In this document: positions 14,201-26,083 of the stretch, in pieces
How the letters are laid out: every line of letters starts with the position of its first letter
How positions within the stretch are numbered: the first letter of the stretch is position 1
Assembly: GCA_012295275.1 (NCBI GenBank)
Contig: CM022671.1
Location: 10,106,001 to 10,170,000 of the forward strand
Direction of reading: 5' to 3'
DNA from: Chrysomallon squamiferum
Taxonomy: Eukaryota; Animalia; Mollusca
Length of the DNA stretch: 64,000 bases
Translations under genes and position numbers: made by a program
The notes under the pieces: generated by a model
Database searches by the model: none
Seen by the model: only the letters and a program-made list of their open reading frames with translations
Told to the model about the DNA's origin: nothing

Positions 14201-16228
14201 CATTGGCTTCTGTGTCTTCTGGATAAAAAATAATAATAATACATTACTGCTATTTAATATTTCATGTGAACCACTGTAAGATTGTTACAATTTCTTTCAC
14301 TGTTTTAATAATTAAATATATTAATACACTTGTAATTTTCAAACAGTAATATGTATAATAATCACAAAATGTCTCCTTCAGTTTTCCTTTAATTCACTAC
14401 TAATGAAACTGGTTCCCAACCATTTTGAGGCCATGCCCACCATCTTAATCATCAAAGATGCATGTGCCCCTGTGACAGAAAAGTCAATCTGGTTCTGAAA
14501 ATTTGTAAATACATCCTGCACTTATATTTGTATCATATTCATTAACATATTTCATAAAACAAATTCTGATTTAAAAATTGATTTGTTTTTGCACAGGAGG
14601 ATATCTTAGCCATCAATATTAATGGCTTGAGAAAAATGTATTCTTAATTTATCATTTTCAGACTTCCACCATGTGGGTTGTACACTGTCTGCTGGGAAAC
14701 ACTGACCTAAACGTTACTTATTATTTATTTCACAGACAATTGAGTCCAAAAATATTACCAGTGGTTTAACTGATTTATTAACCATAATTAAAATGTCAAG
14801 ACTAGCTGTTGCTGAATAATATAATATACTTTTTAATAGAAAATTACAATCAGAACAAACTACTACATACTAGGTCCACTCCTACTACAAACAATTATTA
14901 CAGCTAATGCTACTTCTTATAAAAATTTGAGTAAATAGAAAATGCAGCACAACAAAAACATCATTTGTAGATTTTAAGAAAGAGAAATAAAAGAAATAAT
15001 TGTCTTACTTTTTTCTTCACTTAGGTCAACCTCAAATTCTTCTGATGAATGAGGAGAACCTTCAAGCCACATTTCAAACGAACTATAATGAGTTTCATCA
15101 AATGATATCCGCTTTTGAGTTTTTTTCTCTAGAAGACATAATATCTGTTCTTCTGAAATAAAAAAATTAAAAACAAAATAAAAAATACTAATTAACAGTG
15201 GCTTATTTTCTTGAACAAAAATCTAACAGACTTGGTTCATTCATGGATAATTTACGTTCCAAACTTTACCAAGACTCTTTCCAGCAGTAGAAGAAATGTA
15301 ATATACTGTTTTACTGCCCTTCCAAAGCAACAACAACAAAAATTGCTTTTTCATTTTCACATCAGTTATTATTCTTGTTCAAATTATTTCCTGATTAATT
15401 AAATATTATAAGATAAAATACTATACAGGATACATGTAAGGACAACAAAGTCTTACAATTTTTTTTTTCAAAGTGGCAACATTTGGTATTCGACAAACTT
15501 GTGACAATATTGTCATTTATTCCAAAGTATTTACATTCTTTCAACTTTGTTTTCAATGACATGTATGTGTCTGTGTGTGTTTGTGTGTGGATACCACTGG
15601 CTACTGAATTACTAATAAAGGTAAATATACAAATGAAATAGTGGGTAATACTAACATAATAAACTTTTCTTTTGTGTCATAATAAAAAGAAGAAAAATGT
15701 ATTATTTCAAAGCAACAAAATATTTAAACAGGTTTCTCAAAAAGAAAAAAATTAAATTAAAATATCTTTATTTCCCTTATTTGGACTGGGTCTAAAATAC
15801 ATTTTCAATTTAAGTTTGAAATACCTGAAAAAAGTGAAGTTCTATTTGTATCTTGGTTTCTAAATTCTTTCTCAGTTTTCAGAATTGATCTTGGCTCTTT
15901 CTCTGACCTTCTGAGGATCATTTTGGTGAGTTTCTGAGGTAAGTTTGAACGGGAAAATGCTGTCCTTGGTCTCACTATAACATTTTCAACTAACTGATCT
16001 TTTACAAAACGTATAGAAGAACCCAGATGCACTGGAGTGGAATGAGGTCGAAAAACTTTGGACAGTTTAAGTGTTACAATTCTGCCTGATTTCTTAATCT
16101 GCATCTGAAATCAGTGAAATAGAATATACTAGATACAGCAAAAATATAGTGAACAAAACTAAAAAATCTGAAATGTAATTTGAATATGAGTACAATTATA
16201 CTATTTGTTAAAGAAAAGGAAAATGTTG

Positions 16229-16270
<42 letters not shown>

Positions 16271-16587
16271 GTTAATCACAGTGAAATTATCCTTTAATAG
16301 CATTTTAAAGAGGGTGCTTTTTGGATGATTTTTTTCATTTTTTTTTAATGGAAATCAAAGCTTGTAACTGTAATAAAAGCAGAGAGAAATGAAACATTGT
16401 GACGTTGATTTTTGAAATGTAAGAATAATCAAGTTAGCAAATACGTTATTATTTACCAAAAATAAGCTTCATAATCTAAATTCATCTTTGATGCCGAATA
16501 ATACGTATCTGTCCTACATACAATATTTTATGATAAGTGATAATAAAGGCGTTTCCAAATATTGTCAAAATATCAAATTTTCAAACA

Positions 16588-16618
<31 letters not shown>

Positions 16619-17354
16619 GAATTCAAATACGTAATTCAGTAAATAAATATATAGAACTGACAGTTAATTTATATGTATGGATAATGAGTACAAAAATTTT
16701 AAGCTGAAAGATGATTATTATTAGATTTAATTTGATTTAAAAAGACTTAAAAATAATGATCAAAACAGTTAAGCACCAAACTTTGTGACACTATTCTTTA
16801 GTGTCAAGATTATTATGATTTAAATTACAAACAGTAACATAAATAACAGTGGTATGAAAAGGAAAAGTTGGTTTATCTGAAAAATAATAACGACTGGTGT
16901 TTTACAATTATTCCTGGCCTGTCTTTAAGTTAAACCCTTGCCGAGAAATTAGATTATAATGATTCAATGACAGATTGCCAAAACATCAGTTACAACACAA
17001 ATGCTGAACGGTTATTAAAGTAATGTAATGCAGCAATGCTTTATAGCAGAAGGGGTCATGAAAATATAAGAAGGATTGAGGTATAATCTTAAAAAGGTAA
17101 GAAACACTAGTTTAGCGCTTACTGCTTTGTTAGTGTCGTCAGGACGTAAATGAAACTTGAAACAGAGACATTCACATTGCCTACTCATTTTTGATATTCG
17201 TCACATTCGTGACATTGTTATAATACTTATATTCTTCCTTTTTAATGAAATTTAATCTTTTTAAAACATAAATCAATTTTAAAATTTCATAAATCAAAGA
17301 TTTACCTTGTTTAGGTTTTTAAAAGGTACTTACGTTTATCGCATTCTCATTCAT
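3289..17354 (-). CDS. LRRC74: Leucine-rich repeat protein LRRC74-like (RI-type LRRs, C-terminal EF-hand pair), 16 coding exons, about 570 aa
   Basis: Phase-consistent GT-AG exons (minus strand): 17334-17354, 15825-16104, 15009-15152, 14150-14218, 13718-13827, 13230-13337, 12764-12857, 12420-12550, 11644-11730, 11083-11198, 7694-7772, 7281-7370, 5925-6029, 5657-5815, 4595-4656, 3289-3346 (TGA); 1713 nt in total. The translation includes DPCGKTIYRKSCSKLGITPISRLL, LSHRYLGTTGAKSLALAL, repeated LxLxxNxL units (LNLSDNYL, LDLSHNRF, IDLSWNSL, IDLSWNGF) and EF-like loops DRDNTGLLPFEQ and DTCIGGFINYRD. The A vs B paralog cannot be resolved, and the 21-nt first exon is less certain. Confidence 0.88.
3857..4509 (+). 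mobile_element. Solo LTR (653 bp) in the last intron of the LRRC74-like gene
   Basis: Starts TGTCA and ends TGACA (TG...CA inverted termini), with a perfect 5-bp target duplication GTCCA at 3852-3856 and 4510-4514. Internal CCAAT (~3992), TATAAAAA (4018-4025) and AATAAA (4468-4473); a ~22-bp direct repeat at ~3897 and ~3963. Confidence 0.85.
11288..11410. mobile_element. Possible pogo/Tigger-type MITE end fragment
   Basis: ggtcaaaactggacaaaaagtcac...acctgtacagaatggacacctgtctataacggtcagc resembles Tc1/pogo MITE terminal and subterminal repeats. No partner TIR or TSD was found. Confidence 0.3.
14407..14704. mobile_element. Degenerate hAT (Charlie-like) MITE
   Basis: Imperfect TIRs aactggttcccaacc ... 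gctgggaaacactg, similar to the termini of the element at 35644-35947. The TSD is not preserved. Confidence 0.45.
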
Positions 17355-17942
17355 GTTTTTGAGTTTATCGCTTCCTTCAAACTTCGTTACCGATTTTTGG
17401 CAGTGCTAATTCGGCCTTTGGTTCGGAAATAAGATAACAATCAAAATCGGATTATACTGACGTTTTGGTTATTTTCTTTCTTAATTTCATAATGTTCTTA
17501 CTCTCCGTATTTTTTTAATGCATTTGCTGATGATAAACTGATGTTCCTATGCAATTATGTGGTAGTATATGGTATAGCATATATAAACTGGTTTCTTTTG
17601 AAGCATAAACATGTAGAAATAATATTTTAAAAACAAAAACCAAAATTCAAAAAATAAATGAAAGAAAAAGATATGATATCCAAAGATAAAAATAAAAAAA
17701 TAAAATAAAATAAAATAAATAAAAACAAATGCAGTACTTGTCTCCTTTCCGATTAGGATTTAGCATTATAGTATACTGGTTTGCCGTTAGATTGAGGAAA
17801 GAAAGACGTGTTCATTGTATAGGCGTAATGGGAAAAAAACACCAGTGGAATATCAGGTGTTTCAACTATAAAAATAAGACCTGAAATTTTGTGCTGTTTG
17901 TGTCAATCGAAATGTATACCAAAAGATAAATACTGAATTTCT
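17355..17942. promoter_or_regulatory. Putative bidirectional promoter and first non-coding exon of ADIPOR
   Basis: The LRRC74-like ATG is at 17354 (-). A strong + strand donor (ct|gtaagt, 17943) fits the acceptor at 19984 upstream of the ADIPOR ATG. CpG is locally enriched over ~16400-18100 relative to both gene bodies. Confidence 0.55.
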
Positions 17943-20046
17943 GTAAGTGTTGTGAATCGAGTTTTATATTGGGTGGATAATCGATTTTAAATGTCTGACT
18001 TAATTTTTCTTTGATTTCTCTTATTTTGCTTAATAATTAACTTTCTTAAACGGTTAAATAAATGGCCGTGACCTTTTCAACTTTTGCGTTCTGCCTGTCG
18101 TCATCCTTCAAAAAAATTTAATAAAAGATTTTAAAACAGTATTATGAAAATAGAAAAGGAGAGATAATGATATACTACTAATAATTAGATAAATATTTAT
18201 CAAAACAATATGATGTAAATTCTAATACATGTAACTGCTAATACTGTAATAGTGCTATTAATATTTACAAATTGGTATAATATTACTTACTTAATTAGTT
18301 AATATAATAATAAGATTATAAGTTATTACTATTAGAATCTGAATAGTACTAATAGTAACTGCAAATGCGATTGTACTTTTTAGTAATCTTATATTTAATA
18401 TTCCAGTTTTAGATAATATTTTCTTTTAGATAAAAATTTTGATTATGAAGACAGTTCTTAGCAAGTTAGATTTTTATGAATGTTTTGAGATCTACATGAT
18501 GAAGATATAACTTTTATAAGGCAGATTAACACCATTTATAGAATTAAAGTTATTAATTAACTGGTTAAAAAACGAGTGTTAGAAAATGCTTAAAAATTTA
18601 AAAGCCTCTGCAACTCAAGAGTCTTGAATAATTATCTTTTTATATACTGGTTTTAATTTCTATAGAGTTTTTGACAAATACATAGTTACGGCATAAGGTA
18701 CATCTAAGCTAATTAGTTGGTTAATTAATTAATTAAAATGCATGTGTGTTAGGAACATGCTTAAAAATTCTGTGTTATTGTACAGCTTTAGAACTAACCA
18801 AAAGTTTTATTTTGATATATAATACATGTATATATTTGTTTGAAACTATCAGATACTCAATGCCAAATAACTGAAACTGAGATTCTGAAGGAAAAATTTG
18901 TAATTTGTTTCATATCAGTGCTATTAAAGATATTTTGATGTGATATTTTTTGCTCATTCTGATGATCTATAATATTACAGGAAAATGAAATTTTTGATAA
19001 TTTTGTCAAATACCTATATTAACATTATCTTTTATATGCAAGCTAGCACAACTTTGCTGAGTTCAGTAATTTCATTGTTTAATAATTTTAACTACACTGT
19101 CAACATTAAATAATTACCTGTTTTCTTGAAAAGTTTGAATTAAATTTCACGAATGAATGATCTATAGACATTCATATTTATTACTATTATGAACTTTAAT
19201 ACACAAAAGGGGTATATCATATTAGTTTTCTTAAGCAGTTTAGTGAATTCCTATAAATCATAAATGTCTTAATATTTGCATCTGAATGGAATTCCTGTAA
19301 ATGTATCAGTAAATTTACAGTTACTGGATTTTTTATTGTTTTTAGTAACATATGTGACTGCCAGCTGTATGAATTAACTCCTTTTTTTTTTTTTTTCATT
19401 GCATCATGTATGTGAATTAGCCATAGTGCAAGGAGAGGGTTAACTGTATTTAAATCTGAATCTGCACATCTACTAAATGAATTGTTAGGAAATGGGTAAC
19501 ATACACCAGTTTCTTTTAATTGTTACTACATAATCATGACAGCAGACACATTGCAGTACTGTTTTAAAACATTACAAATTACTCTAATATGTGTCATCTG
19601 TTTACACTGTTTCTAATTAAATCCACCATGGTTATGCTATCAAATGAATGTTTATGTGTTTTTGTTTCTTATCACCTTTTCTTTACATTTTTGCTTTTTA
19701 TATAAACAGCTAGATGCAATTTTAAATATTTTTGTTACAAAAACAGTAACAACAATTATTAATTTTAAGAGAGAGTAACAAAGCATTCATAATTAGTTTA
19801 AACATAATAGTTTAGTTTAACTATTAATATTATATTTAAAGTGTATGGATAAATTATAATAAAAAGTTTTTTTATTATTATTATTTTTTATCACCTTTCT
19901 TCGGAGTATGGAAATTTAACAGTTTCACCCTTCATTAAGACAAAAATTACCATTATATTGTTTTCTGTTTTATTTGATTTTCAGTGTAACACTGCATATG
20001 TAAATTCATTCTGATACCTGTGATCCAGTTAACTACTGATACCAAC

Positions 20047-23000
20047 ATGGATGAAGCTGGCCCATCAGGAAGATGTTCATCTGGTAATGAATCTAGGAGT
20101 CCTCAGTCTTTCCTGAGCAGAAATGCTATCAACTCTCTGATGGCTGATAGCGACTATTCTGATGATGATGACATAAGCATTGGTTTGCGGGATGACATTG
20201 TGAAGAAATATGAAGTTGGACCATTGCTTGATATTCCAACAAAAGTAAGACTCAGTATTTTATTTATTTCAATGAAGGTGCATTTATAGCAGCGATAGTG
20301 TGTACATTTGCACCAGTGTGATAGTCCTCAAAATGAAAACAACATCTGAATTTTTAACTGTCCAAGCAACTGTCTAATTAGTGGTTTATCATATGTTATC
20401 TTTTCTGTGGATCTCTTGCTGCTAACTGAAGATAGTAATGGCACAAAATTTCATCCAAGAGAAATTTACAGCAGATACTAATTGAAATAGATCTGTGACA
20501 GCACAAATAAATGTTCTGATAAAATTCTTTATATATCCAAGTTATTATTTTGTTGTTTTAGACAGCATTTCATCAGTGTATGACAGTAAAATGAATGAAA
20601 AACATGCCACCATTTAAAAAAATAGATAGATTGATTTTCAGTAGAAATGGTCTGTGTTAGTAGAGCACATCTGTAGAAACACAGCAATGCCAAGATATAT
20701 TTTGTTAATATTAAGACAGGAAAGCCAAAAATAAAATAAAATGTAACTTCGAAGTAGAGAGACTATTTCTTCATATTATTGAAGATATATTTTAATTAAT
20801 GTTAAACATGTAGAGATATCTTTAAACATAAATCAGTTAATTCATTATTTTATGTTTTAAAATTAAGTAATAATTGCTTGCTGTCTGGCTCTGTTTTGAT
20901 TTAAGAATAAATATATAGGAAATTTATTAAAGTTCTGGTTCATTCAATTAACATGAAATCAAACTTTTCAAAGACCAAACCTTGTTCTCTAGTTTGTTAA
21001 ATCATCATAACCATTGTAATAATGTTGTTTTGTTGAATTAAGTCTGCTTAAACCATGTATTTATTTTAGCACTAGCACATATAATTAACCATAAACCTTG
21101 TACAGTGACTGAAATCAGATTTTGTTCTTATTTTTTTTTTAACTTTAAATGCATTTTAAAAAAGGAGACATTTAAAAAAAATGGTTATGATCTGTCATTT
21201 CAGGGTTCACCTGTTGCTCTAGATGATAGTCTCGATGCAGCTGATCTTGATGATTCAACAACAGCTGGCATTTTGTCTGTTCCAAGCAAGTGTGCTGAAC
21301 AAGCAGAGGAGTTTGTCCGCAAAGTGTGGGATGCTGGTTGGCAGGTTGTAAACCATCATTCTCTTCCTGTCTGGCTAAGGGATAATGACTTCCTCTTGAA
21401 AGGTCATCGACCACCCACAGGTTCCTTCATGGAATGTTTTAAGTCAATCTTTCAGATTCACACTGAAACTGGAAACATCTGGACACACCTTCTTGGTAAA
21501 CAAAAATAGTTTAATATTATTGTTGTTATATTTCTTTTCAATTAATATATGCCCACCAACTCCCAAGGTTTGTGCCTCATTTTGTGTTCAAGGAATTTTA
21601 TGAATTGTTGGCTTGTACTCTGTATCCATTTAGTTATATTGTTGTTAGATTTAAAAAAGAAAATAACTAAATAATTGTCCCTGAGTTAGCTTTTGTCTGA
21701 AGTTTATGGCTTGGATTATTCAGCATCATCGTGGAGTTTTTATACTCTTCATCTATATCAGAATTGATAAAGACATTGTAGTGTTATTTTATCTCTTGCA
21801 AATAATTTTTTTCTTTTAAATCCAGTTATTGTTTTTATTTCTTGGATGACTTTATTTACAGGTATGATAGCATTTCTAGGGATTGCAGTTTACTTTATGT
21901 CACGGCCATCTATTGAAATCCAGTGGCAAGAAAAGGCTGTCTTTTCAGCTTTCTTTGCTGGTGCAATCCTATGCATGGGCTTTTCTTGGGTTTTCCATAC
22001 AGTGTACTGTCATTCAGAGAGAGTTGGCAGGTTTTTTAACAAGTATGTTTATACAGCCATTTTACTTTATTTAAAATGTTAGTCATCTAATAGGGTAGAA
22101 TGAAAGACTGTTTCAAAAGAAATTTGTTAGATTTAAAAATTTTAGGTAGTGCTTTTTAAACTTTTGTTGTATTTCCTTTTTAATTCAGAATATAATGTGT
22201 ATGACTGTTTGTGATGTAATATTCTGGACTGGAAATTTGTTTAGTTAGGTTTATTAAAAAAATTCTTATTTTATTTTGGGTTTTTTTCCTCTTTGGTAGC
22301 AAAGATATTTATTTTAAATATTTTTGTCTGTATCTTTATCTGTTGATAGAACAGCTTTCTCTCTGTAGATTGGATTACTGTGGAATAGCACTGCTGACAA
22401 TGGGATCATTTGTACCGTGGCTCTACTACAGTTTTTACTGTCGTACCTCCCCCAAAGTGGCATACCTCTGTCTGATATTTGTGTTGGGTATTCTCTGCAT
22501 TGTGGTAGCTATGTGGGACAAGTTCAGTCAGCCAGGCTATCGACCCGTCAGAGCAGGTAATTACTTATTTCAATATTACTCTCATGTGCAAAAAGATAGT
22601 ATTCTTTTACAATGCATTTTTGCAAATTGGTCAACTGGAATTATTTTAATCAACCTATTAGAATGAAAATTGCACAAACTAAAGTTCATTTCATTAAGGT
22701 CTGTATTACAGAGAACAAATCATATTCATTTATGAACATACAAGCAGTCCAAGTATTACTTTTACTCTTCACATATTGTTAAGTATTAAGTTTGGTTTAC
22801 AGATAAGCAAAATTGACAAGCTTGAACTAACAGCTTTAAAAATAATTTACTTTGTTTAATAACCTGCAGTCTGAAAAAATATTGTTTGGTAACTGGCAAA
22901 TTTGACAAGATATCATTTTTATAGGATGCAGACTTTATTAACATTTAACAATATTTTTGGTCATTTAACAGGTGTCTTTGTTGCTCTTGGACTAAGTGGT

Positions 23001-23420
23001 GTGATTCCTGCTCTCCACTATGTCATCACTGATGGGTTCTATCATGCGATCAACTACGCTGCTCTTGGCTGGTTGTCATTGATGGCTGTTTTGTATATTT
23101 TTGGAGCCTTTATATATGCAATACGTATCCCAGAAAGAATATTTCCGGGCAAATTTGATATATGGGTAATTTTTATTATTTATATTTTCTTCAAGTATTT
23201 GGATAATGGCACATACAACTGCATAAAACCTGAAGGTTATATTCAGGAGGAAAAAACAACTATATAACTAATTTTTACTTTCTTTCTTTTTTAGTTTCAG
23301 AGCCACACAATCTTTCACTGCTTTGTTGTGGCTGCAGCGTTTGTTCATTATCATGGAATATCTGAGATTGCAAACTATCGACTAACACTGGGAGACTGCT
23401 TGGAACGTGTGATTCAGTGA
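20047..23420 (+). CDS. ADIPOR: Adiponectin receptor (PAQR family, ADIPOR1/2-like), 6 coding exons, about 392 aa
   Basis: Exons 20047-20244, 21204-21495, 21862-22042, 22369-22556, 22972-23165, 23295-23420 (TGA); 1179 nt, all GT-AG and phase-consistent. Motifs: LPVWLRDNDFLLKGHRPP, HTETGNIWTHLLG, SWVFHTVYCHSERV, LDYCGIA, RIPERIFPGKFDIW, FQSHTIFH; seven hydrophobic segments. Confidence 0.97.
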
Positions 23421-25081
23421 AGAAATTCAGCATTAATTATGTTCAGTGTTAAGAGAATTTTACAGGTGATACATCTTTCAAGTAATCTCCAGTGTTTGTT
23501 CTTTAGCCAACTTTGTTTCATTGAATGTTTGCGATAATTTATTTAACCTTTGTAAATACAGACTTGATATCTTTGTTGCATTGTTAAGCTTAATTAAAAT
23601 ACAAGTCCAATCACTTTATATTTTTGCTTTGGTTCATTGTGATCTGTTTTATAACAAGTATGTATATTGTTTCACAAAGTAATATAAAGTAAGGATGGAC
23701 TTCCCAGAATTTTAAATCAGAATGAGTCTTTTACTGTTAGTAAAGGAATTTACTCTTTTTAAGTTTAGAATTATTAAATTTACATTCTAGGAATCTTAGG
23801 GAATAATTGATTTAAAAATATATATATGTGTATATTGCTTGAGCAGTAACTTTTTCTTCTGTTGTTTTCTTTTAAATGTAACAATATAATAATCTAAACC
23901 CTGAAATTACAAAGAAATTCTGATAATCTAAATGACTATTGTAGAAATGTAGTAAGATTATTTTCAACAGTCTTGCATTTTATTTTAGGAACACCAAACT
24001 ATACATAAACTTTATAAAGAAATATATATTTTTAGAATATATCATTTTATATATTGTAAAACATAAAATTAATGTGATCATAATACTGTTTTTAAAAAAG
24101 TGCAAGTTGCATTATTTCTATTCTAATTTCTATATATATAATTCCATAAAAAAAAGGCATTATCCAAAGATGGTGTACATGAATAATACTGTTAAAAAAA
24201 GGACCATGCTTTGTATGAGTGTTTTGCAGACAGTTTTCTGGAAAGGGTTTTATCTTATTTATTGGATATTTATTTGGGATGTTATTTTTATACTTGGAAC
24301 AGATAATTATATTCTGACAGCCTCCTTGGAAACTTACTTCAAACATATTAAACCTTTATCGTAATCTTTGTTATTGAATTTGTGTTTGTTTTGGTGTCTG
24401 TACAATATCTTATTTAAAATATGTAGGAATAATAATATTATAAGTGTAATAAAAACAAAATAATAAACTAATGTGTTCTTTGTAAATAAAACAAGTATCT
24501 TTACTGTGCCTGAAACTATTAATTTTTAAAATGCTATTTGAAAGTAGTAAAAGTTATAAAACCGGAGGAAGCAGTCTTAAATTAGGAAATCTACATTTTC
24601 AAATAATAAATAATATTTACATAAAATTCAGACTTGAAACAGTTACATTCATTAAAAATACTCTAATTAAATATGGTAATGATGAACTATGTTCATGTTT
24701 TTTTCTCTTGGTTACTTCATGTTTTTAAATTAAAAAACTTTGTTTAAATTTAAATATTTTGTTTTCTCTTGACACTCACCGTCTGCACCAGTGATATCCC
24801 ACCATACCTTTTCACTTTCAAATTTGGTTTGTCAGTTTCTCAAATGATTAATTTTCATTAATCTTGTACATAGTAAGAACTTTAAAATATGATTTGTGTA
24901 AATATATTATTCTCAAATTTAAAAAAAAATAACATATTTTAATAATTGTGTTGATCTGCTCATTGAATAAAATATTAAAAAGGTACTGCTGTATGTTTTC
25001 ATTTCAATGTATTGATTTGTTGGAATTTTAATTTAGTGAATTTATGCCTTATAGGTGAGTAACCATTTTTTTAAACAAATA

Positions 25082-25701
25082 CAGTGGTACGTTGACTTAT
25101 GAGTCCCAACTTACAACTTTTCTGATATTTTGCTTTGAGTTGCGAGCCAAAATCCAAGTCATGAGTGAGCTTCAGATACTCTACCACTAGTTGGTGCAAC
25201 AAACAACACATCATCTGGCCAGCATCCTGCATCTCACTTGTCGCAGATGTGTTGTGTTGTGTGCAGTGATTTGCCAAATTTCTTTTTTCTGAAGAAGTGA
25301 GAGCAAAGGACAGTTCTAAGAAAAAGAAGCTGATGTCCATTCAATCAAAGCATGAAATCATTGAAAAACATGAGCGAGATGTGCATGTAGTCAACTTGGC
25401 TAGACAGTATGAGCCTAGAACTATACTGAAGCAGAAGGAGTCAATAAAGGCTGTAACTCCAGCCAAAGGCATTAAAATAATTTGTCTATATCTCCAAGAT
25501 AAATACTCTTTACAAAACCAATTTATTTCTTTACGTTATAATTTATAAATACATTTTTCTTATTTAAAAACATGTTACAAAAAAAGAAAATGGGGTAGTT
25601 TTGGGGTGCTGGATTAATGGCATTTCAATTTCAATTGGAGAAAATTGATTTAAGAACTCAGTCATGGAACAAATTAAACTTGTACATCACGGTTACCACT
25701 G
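25082..25701 (+). mobile_element. Internally deleted Tigger/pogo DNA transposon (TIGD1-like N-terminus)
   Basis: Imperfect TIRs cagtggtacgttgacttatgagt ... acttgtacatcacggttaccactg, flanked by TA on both sides. ORF 25297-25548 (KKKKLMSIQSKHEIIEKHERDVHVVNLARQY..TILKQKESIKAVTPAKG) is a CENP-B/pipsqueak-type HTH. The DDE domain is absent. Confidence 0.88.
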
Positions 25702-26083
25702 TATTTATGATTAGCCATGTTCTATTTAGTCATACATTTCTTCTAGTGTAAAACAGCTTTTTAGAATTAAAAGAAACATGTAATCGGTTGCCAGAATAAA
25801 GATATAGGTAATTCAATAGTAAATTAGTGCAATGTCACAAATGTCCACTCTAGTAATATTTCATGCTAACAGACAAAAAAAAGAAAAAAACCATTAAGAA
25901 AGAAAATCTGATTTTATTTCAGTTTTCTGTTATACCACACAGCAGTCAACAAAAATGGTTTTGTTGTTGCTACAAATGACATAATAAATCACATTGTTCT
26001 CACTATATAATATATTTAATAATACACGCCTCAATGTCCTGACACATTCCAACATTCAGCTTCCACAGAAATGCTATGGCTTT

